Positions 23,110-35,520 are shown, counted from the first letter of the stretch. The stretch: DNA of 64,000 nt from Camelus ferus (GCF_009834535.1 NC_045702.1:7440001-7504000), one strand, 5' to 3'. The notes: generated by a model not told the origin, from the sequence alone. Numbers and translations: made by a program.

Positions 23110-26100
23110 CTGGAGGGATAGAGAGAGAGTGAGCTTGGGCTTGTCACTGGCACCCTACCCCCTCGAAGTCACTGATGTGGAGAAGGGCGGGCATTGGTTC
23201 TCTACCCTGGATGGATACACTCGAATCCCAACCCCACCCCTTTTGCTGCTATGACTGTCGAGGGTAGTATAGACTGAGGGCACTGGCCTCCCCTTCTCGT
23301 GGGCCATGCAAGGAATGAGGAAAGCTGTACTGAGTTTCCTTTGATGACCCCAGCTGGAGACCCATGCCCTTCTGTGGGTCAGGGAGTCAGTCCTCCCCTC
23401 ATCCTGCAGGAGGAAGACCAGGCCTGGATTCTTACCCCAGCAGGGCTTGAGACAGGCTTGTGATGGGGTGTCACTCAGACACCTGTCAGACGCTGTCCCC
23501 CAGCACAGCTGATAGCTGGAGGGACCCAAGGATTCCAGGGCAGGTAGGACTGCTGTGGACTCACTTCCAGGGGACTGCTAGAAAAATCAAGAGGAAACCT
23601 TCAGCTGCCAGTGATGTCTCCTGTTTAGCAGGACTGGGACCTCAGGGCTGCACACCCCCCACCTCCAGGCCATATCCTGAAAAACTCCAGAGGGAGCCAT
23701 TCACAGAGAAGACAATGAGGATGGTGCTTTTTAGAAGCGTGCACTGTGGGGGCCCAGGGGAGCCATCAGTTCTAGCTCAGGCCTTCATTAGGAGTGGGAA
23801 AAGCGGTGAGCCCTTCAGTCTTCCCAGTTCACAAACCCCCCTCTCTTCCTGGATACCTGTGCAGAGACGATCCCTGGAGAAGCATTCAGTACAGTCAGAC
23901 CTTGGGAAACACCTACAAGGTAAGAGTCAATCCACTTAGAGGGCAGAACAGGTCTGGGGAGCAGGTAGTGGCAGTGAGAGGCAGGGAGATTCTAGGAAAG
24001 GCAACAACTTCTGGCAGGAGTGGAGGAGATGAATGTTACAACCCTAAACTGCTCTCCTCCCCAAGGCAGGGTCTTGGAAGACTGGGGAAGGATTAAATCT
24101 TGGGGATGGTGAACTGGGGACAGTGCAACCCTGAAAAGCAGGGATTTCATATCCCAAGCATCTAACACAGGGTCTGGTGCATGGAAGGTACTGAGTAAAT
24201 GGTGGGTGGATGGATGGATGGATGGTTGGATGGATAGGTAGGTGAGTGAATAGACAGAAGGAAGGGAAGACGGATGGGTGGAAGGAAGGGAGGAAGGAAG
24301 CAGGGAATGAAAGGTGAGTGGATGACTGGAAGGAAAGATGGATGATGGATGGGTGGAAGGAAGGAAGGATGGATGGATCGATGGGTGGATGGATGGATGG
24401 ATAGATGGGTGAGTGGGTAGTTGGAAGAAAAGATGGGTGGTTGGATGGAAGGAAGGATAGGTGAGTGGATGGATGGGTGGATGGATAGGCAGAGAAATCA
24501 CCTGGAAACTGCATTTCCCACTTGAGCTTCTCTTGTCGGCGCCATTTGGCTCTTCGGTTGGAAAACCAGATCTGAGGGAGAGCAGAAATAACATAGCTGG
24601 CCTCCTGACCTGGACTCAGTGCAGACCTGTCCTCATACTTGACAACCTCCCTCCCTGCTCTGGCCCTTGCTCTCTGTCTCCTTCCTCAGCACAAAGGCTT
24701 GGGGTGAGGAAGAGACGAGACAGTCAGCAGAAGGGAAAAAGAGGGTCTTGTATCATTTCTGCTCCAAACAAACCTGTCTCCACCTTCTCGCCCTCTTCCC
24801 TAGCTCACCAGAGCCCAGAGCTCTCCCGGCCCAGACTGTCCCTGTAATTTGTGCACACTTGTGGCAGAGCTCACTCACCCTCACTGTGTCCTCAGGCAGA
24901 GAGGTGGCAGCAGCTAGCTTTCCCCGGGCCACTGAATCAGGGTACTGGCCACGCTGGAACTCTGCAGAGATGGAGGCTCTCACAGCCAGGGCACGGGGAG
25001 AGGAGCAAGGCCTGTCTCTTACTTGGGCCCCACTCCCCACCTGCGACAACCCTGAACTGCCCTCCTCCCCAAGGCGGGGCAACCCACAGCCTCCAGCTCT
25101 TGGCCTTGGCCCAACAACCTCAGGGTCATTGCCTCCATGTGGCCCACCGAGCACCCTTTGGCCCACCACCCACCCCAGCCCTGACACCTTTCTCTAGTGC
25201 CTCAGCTTGTCCTGGGGAGAAGATAGTCCGATTCCGGTGGCTGGTCCCTGGGTGGGGACCCCGGGGAGCCTCAGAACCACTCTGTGGGGTGTGAGGAGCT
25301 GAAGCCAAAGCAGCTGCAAAGAGAGACAATGGCTGGTGGGGTTTGTTATGGTGATTCTCCTGGTCAAATGGAGTCCCCAAGTCTCTGGGGCTGCATGCTG
25401 GGGACAGAGTGGCTGTGAGAGCAGAGCTGCATCACTGGGGCATCTGCAATTACTTGGTGGGAGATATACTCAGTGCCATGTTGGGTGCATGCTTAGCACT
25501 TGGGGGGAGACAGCTACAAGTTTGGTCCAGGCTTGCATGATCCTACAGCACATGAAGGGTGTTCTGAGAAACTGTGAATGAAGCAGGGGGAGGGTGTGGA
25601 GGATCTGTCCTGCCTCCTCCTCAGCAGATCTTGTGAATTTAGGGGCCAGGGGAGCTGGGTTCTGTTCCAGTACCTGCCAACAACTAGCTGGTGACCTTGG
25701 GTAAGTTACTTCCCTTCCTCTGAGCCTCAATTTTTTCCTGCCGAGAGAGAATAAGACCCCCCTGCCAGGCCCTCATTGTTGTCTTATTGTGAGGGTGATC
25801 CAAGAAAGACCAGGAAAGGAATTTGAGAACTGTATAATGCTTAGATTGGGCTCTGGTCATCCTTGGAGGCAGCTCCAAGACCCACCTGGCAGCCTGAGCT
25901 GTGTCCAGGGCAGTCTCTGGTCCTCCTGTAGCGCCCGCAGGACTCGGTTGATGGAGGAGACCTGAGGGTGTGGGGTGTTGAGTGGGGAGATGGTGTACAG
26001 ACACAGGGTTGCACCCTGAGGATGTTTCCCCAAGATCCTCTCTCTCCTATCTCAGTCCATACCTCGTTCCCAAGGGCAGCCTCCTCTCTCTCCCCACAAG

Positions 26101-27319
26101 CTTGCTTCTTCTCACCTGTCTTACCGCCACCACTTTTCAGAAGAGAAACTTCTGCATCAGAAGAGAGCCCAGGAGCCCCGCCCGCAGCCTGGGAGGCCCC
26201 ATTGCCAAGTAAGAAGGGATCTTCTTCTCCATCCCTAGACAGCCTGTTTGCAAGCCCCGGTTCTGGGGCGGGCAGGGCACTTACACTGGGAGTCTTGTCT
26301 TGGGTGCAAAGCCCTTCAGCGCAGAGCTGGCGTTGGATCTCCCAGGCAAAGAGGGCTGGGCACTCACCCTTCAGCTGGGCAATTCGAGCCACCACAGGGG
26401 GTGTAGCCAAACGTGGCTTGCTTCCCCCAATCCCCTTTGGCTCCAAGGCACCTGTGCGGTAGTAACGCCCTAGGATCTTGCTCACACAGCCATTAGATAC
26501 CTGGATCAGGTGAGAAGCAGGGTCAGGTAGGGCATGATGGGCAGAGGGTGAGTGTCTTTGGGACAAAAGGAAGCTACAAGGCAAAATGAGACTAACTGGA
26601 CCAGGTCACAGAGTCAAGTCAAGCCTCACCTTTGGAAGCCTGCAACTCCCTACCCCAGCCCTCCAGAGGGTCTTCTAGGAAGTAGCCCAAACCCCAGAGG
26701 CCCTCAGAGTCTGCAGTAGCCCCAGACTTCCCTTCAAGGGGCCCCTTCTCCCTGCTTCTTGTCCCCACCACTAGGTGAAGCTCCCAGCACACTACCTTAA
26801 GGCTCCGTGAGATGTCGCAGGGCCGCATCCCGCTGACAGCCAGCCGCACGATCTGCTGCCGGGTGTCCAGGGGCAGGGGCCGCCCATTCACAAAGAGTCC
26901 CCCCAGCTGATTCACACTGCTGGTCCCTGGGCAGGACGAGGAGGCAGCCTCACGCCTCGTCTCCCCTCTCCCCAGCCCACCTGTGGCATGGAGGACCTCC
27001 AGCCTGGCTGCCTACCATAGAGAAAATCCTCTCCCCGGGGGACTGCTCCCCTTCTGCTCCCAGGGTCCCCCAAACATGCCATCTTCTTTGGGAGCTGGCT
27101 CATGGGTGAATCAATGCCCCCTGGCCGTATGCACTGACCCTCGTGATCTAAGGGAATCAGGTAGAGCAGGGGGAAGGGACTGGACGGAGCCCCCCCCAGA
27201 ACACTGGCCAACGGCAGGTAAAACCACGTGGATGGAAGCAGAGCCCTGAGACATTCCCGCCCTCCTCACGCTAGCCTGTTCTTCCCACGTGCCCTGGGCA
27301 TCTTACCGTCCTGTGGCAT
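22752..27319 (-). CDS. PAX4: Paired box protein Pax-4; exons 27319-27307, 26926-26796, 26500-26285, 25961-25886, 25313-25188, 24961-24879, 24571-24502, 23912-23857, 23577-23436, then a terminal exon from 22909 (stop 22752, 356 aa) or from 23109 (stop 22928, 364 aa)
   Basis: Paired domain [56 protein letters not shown]; homeodomain [26 protein letters not shown]...[15 protein letters not shown]; all nine upstream junctions GT-AG and in frame (913 nt). Terminal exon choice uncertain. Confidence 0.93.
22768..22773 (-). terminator. Candidate PAX4 poly(A) signal AATAAA
   Basis: tttatt on the + strand, 20 nt past the human-equivalent stop position. Confidence 0.5.
23436..23577 (-). CDS. PAX4: PAX4 penultimate coding exon ([20 protein letters not shown]...ACLKPCW)
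   Basis: ttttctag|CAG tandem acceptor; G|gtaaga donor. Confidence 0.92.
23857..23912 (-). CDS. PAX4: PAX4 exon ([19 protein letters not shown])
   Basis: ttgtag| and CAG|gtatcc; 56 nt restores phase 0. Confidence 0.9.
24140..24492 (+). repeat. L2 3' tail degenerated into a (GGAT/GGAA)n purine-rich array in a PAX4 intron
   Basis: L2-like lead-in (agcatctaacacagggtctggtgcatgg...aaatgg) followed by ~290 nt of GGAT/GGAA/GGGT units. Confidence 0.7.
24502..24571 (-). CDS. PAX4: PAX4 homeodomain helix-3 exon ([23 protein letters not shown])
   Basis: cctcag| and G|gtgatt. Confidence 0.95.
24879..24961 (-). CDS. PAX4: PAX4 homeodomain exon ([28 protein letters not shown])
   Basis: ctgcag| and AGG|gtgagt. 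Confidence 0.95.
25188..25313 (-). CDS. PAX4: PAX4 linker and homeodomain N-terminal exon
   Basis: ...[18 protein letters not shown]|gtgtca. Confidence 0.92.
25886..25961 (-). CDS. PAX4: PAX4 exon ([25 protein letters not shown])
   Basis: cctcag| and G|gtgggt. Confidence 0.92.
26285..26500 (-). CDS. PAX4: PAX4 paired-domain exon
   Basis: VSNGCVSK...TQDKTPS|gtaagt. Confidence 0.95.
26796..26926 (-). CDS. PAX4: PAX4 paired-domain exon (PAI)
   Basis: gcccag|GG ACC AGC AGT GTG AAT CAG...AAG|gtagtg. Confidence 0.93.
27307..27319 (-). CDS. PAX4: PAX4 first coding mini-exon (MPQDG)
   Basis: ATG CCA CAG GAC G|gtaaga; in phase with the next exon. Confidence 0.85.
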
Positions 27320-30300
27320 GCTCCAGGCTGAGCCTCCTCACCCAAGGGCAGGAACTGGAGAGACTGGGGAGGGGAGTCCCCTTGGGAGTTCCTTCTTTGT
27401 TCTTGGGGCTGAGCCTGCAACAATCGGGGGTTCTTTGGGTGAAGTCTCTTGCTTACAATGGTCTTGGGATGCAGCATTTTGTATTAGAGGGTGAGGTTTC
27501 TAAAATTTGCCCACAGTTTGGCTAAGAAAATTCAAATTCTCTTTACTAAACCATTCAGTGATGAATTAAAACACCGCAGAGCCAGCAGAGGACTGAATCT
27601 TTCTGGATGCCCTGATAAGGGCCTAGGAGGGGTCTTTCTCACACGTCCCTCATAGGAGGTCAGGGAGGTGGGAAGGGATGATGCTGTCCTTTTCCAAATG
27701 GACAACTGTTCCCTCTGACCTCTCCACCCCCCTCCCCCGCAAAGTCTTCTCAGCCCCTGGGAGATGCACTCAGACCAGGGCTCCTGCCTCCTAAGCTCAA
27801 GCTCAGTAGGGTCTAAACCAAAGCTTGGGATGTTCTGTCCAGCCGGTGGGGCATGAGGGACCAAAGATCCCAATCGCCCTGGTCCCAGGATAGAGCCAGT
27901 TTCATGGCTCTGCCTTCATTATCACAGAGCTCCAAACCACCAGCCAGAAAGCTTTCTTTAGAGCACTTCAGCAATGTCTGCTTCCTGGTGTTTTTTTATC
28001 CTCTCCAGGAAGGTCTGGGGAAACACAAGGACTCAGCTCTACCCCGAGGCATTGAGGCGCTAGTCCCACCCACTGAAATGGAGGTGAACAAAACACCTTT
28101 CTTGGCAGCTTCTCATCCGCTGGGGTTGTTGTTTCCTGTTAACCCTGGAGAGTGCTAGATCTCACATTCTCAGAAGCCAACTTGCTGGGACTAGACACTC
28201 ATTCCTTCAAGTAACATTTATCAAAGGCACGTTGGAGGGAGGGAGAGAGAGGCAGGCGAGAGCTGTGTCTGACCTGCATAGAAGCCAATGTGAATACGAG
28301 GGAGTCTGGGCAACACGGGACCCAGGTCATGGGCCACCATGTCCGTCTTGCTTTCATCAGGTGGTAATGGGAGTTGAAGTTGCCTCCTTTCATGCCCGGA
28401 ACCGTGGCAGGGCTGGAGGTCATCCCAGAGAGCAGCTCACTCATAGAGCTTTCCTGTAATAGCCATGCCATCTTGGCTCAGTTAACTAATCTGCAGTTAT
28501 TTACTGAATAAGGTATTAATCGTGAGCACAGAGCTGGTTGCTCGGGATGAAGGGAGTAAAAAGAAAAGGGACAAGGTTTTTGCTCTCCAGGAGATTACAG
28601 GGCAACTAGGAAGAGGGGACTAGCACGGGAAACAACAGTGAACACACAAAGACTATGTCGTCCAGAGCTACTGGATAAATTCAGGAGCTAAATCGACTTT
28701 TACTCACTCCTGTCTAGGCAGTTAGAGACACATTCCCCTTATGGCTCCCATCTTTCCAGAAAGTCAGAAAGGAAGGCAGAGGTTTCTCCAGCAAGATAAC
28801 TGAGGCACAAATTTGGATTCCCACAAGTCAGGGGCCACCCAGGGAGTAAAGCTCAAGGAGGTTCAAAAGCCGAAATTTCCAGCTTCTAATCCTGAGGCTC
28901 TTTCTCTGCCTCCATTCCTGTGATACATTCGTGTAATTGCCACCAAGGCAGTGGAAAGAGTCAATCCAGGGATGTGAAGGGCTAAGCCCAGGACAGTGCA
29001 AGTGGTGGGGGTAGAGGGGAGGGGGAGCTCAGAAAATCAGTCAAACCCTGAATCCTTGAGAAAACTGTGTCTCTGCTGAATAACCAGAGCTCAGAGGAGC
29101 TGTGGGGACTCAGGTTCAATATCCAAAACAAACTGATCTCCAAAATAAAAACATCATGCGCCAACTCACAGACAGAAACCCCATTCCCAGTAGCTGCACC
29201 AGGCATTTCCAACATTCATACTAACTTGTCTAATAAAAGAACTGGTCCTCAGAAGGTGAGAAAGCAGGAGAAGGGGCTGAAGGGGCAGGAGGGTGGCAGT
29301 GGCAAAAACAGAGGAGGAGAGAGGTTGGCTTGGCCACACAAAGACATGGAGACAGCATGGGAGGCAGAGCAGACAATGAGGCTGCCGGTGAGCTACCTGT
29401 GTGCAGGCAAGGAGGTGAGAGCTTCCGTGGGAGGGTCTCAGTCTCCTAATCTGGGCTCCTGAGACCCCTGCCGGCTCCAGGGATGGTGGTGGTCCGATCC
29501 TGGTAACAGCCTCCACTCTGCTCCTGCTTCAGTCCTGCCAGAGGGTCCAGAGCTACAGAGAGCCTGTGCTCAGGAGCAGAGGGCAGCCTTCTGGGAGCAG
29601 CCAGTGATGTCACAGGCCATGAGCAGAGGAGAGAGGAGGAGGGAGGTGTGTATGGGGCTGACTGACACTGGCCCTGAGACAGGGCAAACCACAGCCAATG
29701 ACCCACTGTGTCCGTCCGCGGGAAGTCCTCAGAGCCCACCTTGCATCTGCCTGCCCTCCTGAAGCAGGTACAGAGCTTCTCTCAAAGCAGGCTCCCTGGA
29801 CCCTGAGTGCACCCACTCAGGGGCCAGCGCTCCCGAAGGGAATGCAGAATGAGGAAGATGGGGAATTGCAGATTGTGTTTGCAAGGCTTTGAATGCACAG
29901 AAGCCCAAAGGCAACTTCCATAACTAGAGACACAGCTTCCTAGCCAGAATGCATATGCCTGGTTCTGGGTCAACTCCTGGGTTCTATGTGTATTGCTAAA
30001 AAGATAAATGAGTATATAGACCAACACCTAAATACTGACCAACTCGGCTCATAAATCTGTGGGAGAATGAGGGTACCTGTAGAAGAGAGTGTGTCACTTG
30101 CTCCCATTCTCCCAGAGTGTCCTCACCAACTCTCCAACTGGCTCCTTGACTGAGGTGATGCCCAGGGCAAATTCTTGCCTGGAAACTGGGGGACCCTGGA
30201 CTTGATAGCACTGACAACAGTGGCGGTCGGGGGGGGGGGGGGGGAATGAGCCTCCTAGGGGAGTCCGGATGCAGGTGGGGTGTTTAGGAGGAGGTATGCA

Positions 30301-31336
30301 GCCTGCTTTTCATTCTTCCATCTCTAGAGTTACCGGGCTCCATTCTACCGGGGATTTGGTACTTTTAGACTCTAAGCTATGAATGGCAATCCTGTTTCCG
30401 CAGAGGACACCACAAGTTGTCCGGATCACTGCTGGGGTGGAGGGCCCAGGACCTGGAAGGGAAACAAAGGCCCCAGTGCATGGAAGCTCTGTTGCCACTA
30501 TGATCTTGGGCAGATCTTTTGTGAAGGAGCCAAGACAGAAAGCCCATCCCATACCTTGGATTCTGTGAAACCCTCTCAGAAGTCAGGCTGAAGGTAAGCA
30601 GGGTGTGGTGCTGTAAGATTAGACCCAGAGCGGGGAAGAATAGGTTTCAGGGGTAAATGCTTTGGTTTGGGGGGTGCAGGGCAGTGGGTGTTGTATGTTC
30701 AGCTTGATCCTAGGGTTGGGAACTCCTGTTCTCAAAGCAGGGCCAGTATATCACAGAAGTGAGTTTTCTAGCTCACCCTGACACATCTGTCCTCCTTTGC
30801 CAGCCTTCTCCAGCATCCTCAGACTAGCCCAGAGCTCCGGGGAATAGGGGAGACCACAGTAGCTGGTTTCAGCCCCAGGGGCAGGATAGCACATGCCCAG
30901 GGGCTCTAGAGCTCCTTCAATCCCAGGGCACCTGGGACTGTGGTCACTCTACTTAGCCATGCCTGGGTGAGAGGAGGTCCCAAGGAAGGTATGGGTAGCC
31001 CTGCTCTTAGTCCTCCTTTCCTGCCTCATCTCTTGCCCCCAGTTTGCCCCTGCATCTGGGGGCCGAAGTCTCCATGTCCAGACCCACTGTTCCCATAGAC
31101 AGCTGTGTGAGGGTGGAGATAGGTGTATCAGGGGGAGAAGGGACAAGACCTGGCAGATGGTGGTGGCAGCGATTTCCCCCATAAACTACCCTCTCCCCCC
31201 TCCTTTACAACGCACTCTTGGGTCTGAACAAACAGAGGCTTTAGACCCAGAGGTGATAGGGGAGGGAGAAGAGAGGAAGGGCCCTGGCAGGGGGGCCTGG
31301 CCAGCCCAAAGGCTCAGCCATTCAGCCCTCTGCCCA

Positions 31337-31500
31337 NNNNNNNNNNNNNNNNNNNNNNNNNNNNNNNNNNNNNNNNNNNNNNNNNNNNNNNNNNNNNNNN
31401 NNNNNNNNNNNNNNNNNNNNNNNNNNNNNNNNNNNNNNNNNNNNNNNNNNNNNNNNNNNNNNNNNNNNNNNNNNNNNNNNNNNNNNNNNNNNNNNNNNNN
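31337..31500. other. Assembly gap (N run)
   Basis: Visible; other gaps at 34819-34949, 45340-45480 and 49530-49696. Confidence 1.
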
Positions 31501-31954
31501 TGCCACCCGCCAGCCAGGCTTTGCGCCCCTCTCCAGGCTGGCCATGGCCATTCCTGCTTGTCCCTCACCCTCGTTGTAGAGCCCTGACCACTGGCTTCTT
31601 CTGCCCTTGGGAGCCCCTGGTACAAAGCCCTGAGGCTATGGGAAAAGATCTGTCCTCAGGAGAAGCGGATGGAGTTCCCCTGCCCTCCTCACGGGGCCAG
31701 CAGACAAGACAAGCTCGTGCGTAAAGCTGGAGAGGGCAGGGCGCAGCCAGGGCAGACACTGGGCGGCTCTGCTCTGACCCCTCTTCGAGGGCTTTGGGCA
31801 CTCCCTGGGGGAGGCGACGCCAGTTCCAGGCTGTTTCCGCCCCTCCCTGTGGCACCTCTGAGTGGGCTGTGGGGCTCTGGCTCCCTTCTTCCTTCACTGC
31901 AGCGAGCCCCATCTCCTGCCAGCTCTCAGCTTTCTAGAGCGCACGGGCCACCTC

Positions 31955-32020
31955 GCCAAAACAGCTGTCAGCATGTGCCTCCAAGTTTAAAGTCAAAGTC
32001 GACTCTGGTTATAAGAATGT
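31955..32020. promoter_or_regulatory. Candidate PAX4 pancreatic enhancer motif cluster
   Basis: E-box CAGCTG 31962-31967, HNF4-like AAGTCAAAGTCGA 31990-32002, partial HNF1-like GGTTATAAGAATG 32007-32019; motif match only. Confidence 0.35.
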
Positions 32021-32754
32021 GAGGAATCTTCAAGTTCCCTGGATATTCCTAAGCTTGGAGCTGAAGTTGCAAGCTCAACGCAGCCACCCAACTCTCCCAG
32101 CCCAGACCCTAATCGAACATCTACAAATTCCTGCGCTTTTCTGCTCAGCTTTGAAAATGCAGGCTGCCCGGCTCCCTCCCTCTGAACGTGCCAGGAGGGA
32201 ATGGCGAGCACTTCCTCCCAACTGCCTTTGAACTAGGGACACAGAAGGCGCCCCAGCTTTCCCTCTTTTTTACCGTGAGCCCCTCACCTCTGAGCTCAAC
32301 CCTCCTCATGTTTCTCTCAGGACTAGGCTTTGCCAGGTGTGGTGGTGAGTCTGCACTCCCCTAGACAACCCGCAGCAAGCTGGGGTCCAGGAAGCCTGGA
32401 GAGGAAACCTGGGGGCATGGGAAGGGCAGGCGAGGAAGAGCCCAGCTCAGAGCTGCCAGGTCTTGTACTGTGGGCCTCAGACCACAGGGCACGGGGCGGC
32501 CAGAGAATGCTCTTCCAGCCACCTGTGGAGAGTGCGCCCTTGGGTCTGCAAACGCACCAGCTTTGCCCGAGGGGAAAGGGCTGTGTCCTCACTGGACTTT
32601 TCAGACCAGCCTGGTGACCCCAAGACCCATCTGTTCCCTGGGGACAGCCAGCTCTGCACTCTGCACACTTCCCCACACCATCCTGCCCCACTTTTCAGTG
32701 GGTAGAGGATCTGGGGAGGCAGGGAGCAGTCCATTTTTAAAAATATTTTAATGA

Positions 32755-32930
32755 CCTACTGTAGAGCTCAGGGAACTATATTCAATTTCTTGTAATGAGC
32801 TATAATGGAAAAGACTCTGAAAATATATTTACATATATGTATGTAGGTATATGCATAACTGAATTGCTTTGCTGTACACCTGAAACTAACATTGTAAATC
32901 GACTACACATCACTTAAAAAATAAGAATTG
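32755..32930 (+). mobile_element. 5'-truncated younger L1 3' end with a perfect 16-bp TSD
   Basis: L1 3'UTR text (ctttgctgtacacctgaaactaacattgtaaatcgactac) with A-rich tail; TSD aaaaatattttaatga at 32739-32754 and 32931-32946. Confidence 0.85.
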
Positions 32931-32946
32931 AAAAATATTTTAATGA

Positions 32947-35100
32947 ACTTTATTTTTTAGAACAGTCTTAGATTTACAGAGAAATTTTAAAGATGATACA
33001 GGGGGTTCCCATACACCCTATCCTGATTTCCCCTATTATGAACATCTTACCTTAGTATTTGTTATAATTAATGAACCAATATTGATATGCTGTTATTAAC
33101 TAAAGTCCAGACTTTATTCAGATTGCCTCAGTTTTCCCCTAACATTCTCTTTCTGTTCCAGAACCCCATCTAGGTCAGCTCATTTAGTCACCAGGTATCC
33201 TGAAGCTCCTCTTGACTATAACAGCTTCTCAGATTTTTCTTTTTTTTGATAACCAGGAAACTTTTGAGGAGTCAGGCATTTTGTAGAACATCCCTCATTT
33301 GGGATTTATTTGGTGTTTTTTTCCTGATTAGACTGGGCTTCTGGGTTTTGAGGAAGGAAGACAGAAAAAGGGAAAGTGCTGTTCCCATCACACGACATTA
33401 AGGGTACGTGCTGTCAACATGACTTACCTCTCTGCTGCTGTTGACCTTGAGCGCCTGGCTGAGGGAGTGTTTGTTGGTTTCTCTACTGAAGTTACCTTTC
33501 CCTGCTCCTTTCCACACAGTCCTTTTTGGAAGTCCTACAGACAACTCACACTTGAGGAGTGGAGAGTTATGCTTCACCTCTTTGAGGATGGAGTCTCTAC
33601 ATTGATTTTGGGTCTCTTCTGCACAGGAGAGTTTTTAACTGCTCTCCCATTTATTTGTACAATAATCTATGTATGTCAATATGGACTTATAGATACGTAT
33701 TTTATTCTTTGGATGATTATCCAACATACCACTTAATTTTGTTCCTCAAATTGTCCCAGCTTTTGTCACTGGGAGCTCTTTCAGTGGGCTCCTGTGTCCC
33801 TTTGGCACGCCCCCACTATGGTGGGGTTAGGTTTTTGCTTTGTGTGTTTGTGTGTGTGTGTGTGTGTGCGCGCGCGTTTGAGTACATCCTTACTTTCTGA
33901 TACTGCCAGATGCTCCAGGCTTATCTTGTACATTTCCTGCCCAGTCCCACAATCCACCATTTCTCAAGGAGCTCTGGTACCTTTTGTTGGAGAAGAGTAT
34001 GAGAAACAAACACCTGGGCACTAGGTGTGCTTTCTGCTACTTGGGGTGTCAGTGCTTCTGGGTTCTCTCAGCTGACAGAGCAAATAATACAGGTGTGTAC
34101 TAACCCATATATATAGACATACCTATAAACAGCTCTGTACGTAACCATTTGTATCTGTATTAACCCAAACATGAGTTCACACAGTTGTCTCCAACTCTAA
34201 TCCATTATTACATGGATCATTCTAGTTTCCTGCCTTGCTTATCTGGAAACTCTGTACAACTCTTAGGTACAACTTATTTTACCTTTAGTCTTACAGACGC
34301 CACTCATTTCCAAAGTTACTTGAGTTAGCATCTTTTTCCCCCGTTCACTTCACTGAAGCTGTTTTATACTTTTGCAATATGGTTAGATTATATATATACC
34401 ACAACTTCTTACCAGTCATCTTTCGATGGACATTTAGGTTTTTTCCATGTCTTGGCTATTGTAAATACTGCTGCTATGAGCATTAGGGTGCATGTATCTT
34501 TTTGAATTGGAGTTTCCTCCAGATATATGCCCAGGAGTGGGATTGCTGGATCATATGATAAGTCTATTTTAAGGTTGTTTTTTTTTAAAGGAATTTCCGT
34601 ATAGTTTTCCATAATGGCTGCACCAAACTACGTTCCCATCAACAGTGTAGGAGGGCTCCCTTTTCTCTACACCCTCCAGCATTCATCATTTGTGGACTTT
34701 TTTGTGTGTATGTGGACTTTTTAATGATGGCTATTCTGACCAGTGTGAGGTGATACTTTATTGCAGTTTTTATTTGCCTTTCTCTGATAATTAGCGATAT
34801 TGAGCATCTTTCTGTGTGNNNNNNNNNNNNNNNNNNNNNNNNNNNNNNNNNNNNNNNNNNNNNNNNNNNNNNNNNNNNNNNNNNNNNNNNNNNNNNNNNN
34901 NNNNNNNNNNNNNNNNNNNNNNNNNNNNNNNNNNNNNNNNNNNNNNNNNCTTAGGTGTTGTATCTAAAAAGGTATGACCTTACCCCTAGACTTTAATTTT
35001 TAGAGAAGTTTTAGGTTCACAGCAAAACTGAGATAAAGGTACAGAGATTTCCCATATGCCCACTGCCCCTACACATGCATAGCCCCCCTCCTTTTTAATA
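32947..35100 (-). mobile_element. Nested antisense L1 fragments (old L1MC/MB-type 3'UTR plus a younger L1 piece at ~34380-34818)
   Basis: agatttacagag...gttcccatacacc and gggattgctggatcatatg...ctgaccagtgtgaggtgatac L1-like text; includes (TG)n(CG)n at 33842-33877. Confidence 0.75.
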
Positions 35101-35520
35101 TCTCCCATTTGTTTGATGAATCTAAGCTGTAAGTTTTATTGATCTTATTCACCAAGTTGAGGAAGTTCCCCTCTATTCCCAGCCTGGTGAGAATTTTTAT
35201 CCTGAATAGGTATTGAATTTTGTTAAATGCCCTCTCTATACAAATTGATATGATTTTTTTTTCTTTAACCTGCTGATATGATGGATTATACTGATTGATT
35301 TTTTTCAGTGTTGAACTAGCTTTGCATACGTGGAATAAACTCACTTGGTCATGGTGTATAATCCTTTTTATACATTGTTGGCTACAACTTATTAATATTT
35401 TGTTGAGGATTTTTTCATCTATGGTCATGAAACATTGGTGTTCAGATTTCCTTTCTTATAATATCTTTATCTCTTTTGGTATTAGGGTAATTAACACTGG
35501 TCTCAGAAAATGAGTTCGTA
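35100..35520 (-). mobile_element. L1 ORF2 reverse-transcriptase remnant
   Basis: ORF 35069..35428 IDEKILNKIL...IKRIIHHDQV...AFNKIQY...LGIEGNFLNL matches the L1 ORF2 RT motif IDAKILNKILANRIQ..IIHHDQVGF..KAFDKIQHPF. Confidence 0.9.

Noticed and set aside
23992-24594. 200-aa and 156-aa His/Pro/Ser-rich ORFs
   Set aside because: Translations of the GGAT microsatellite running on from the PAX4 exon
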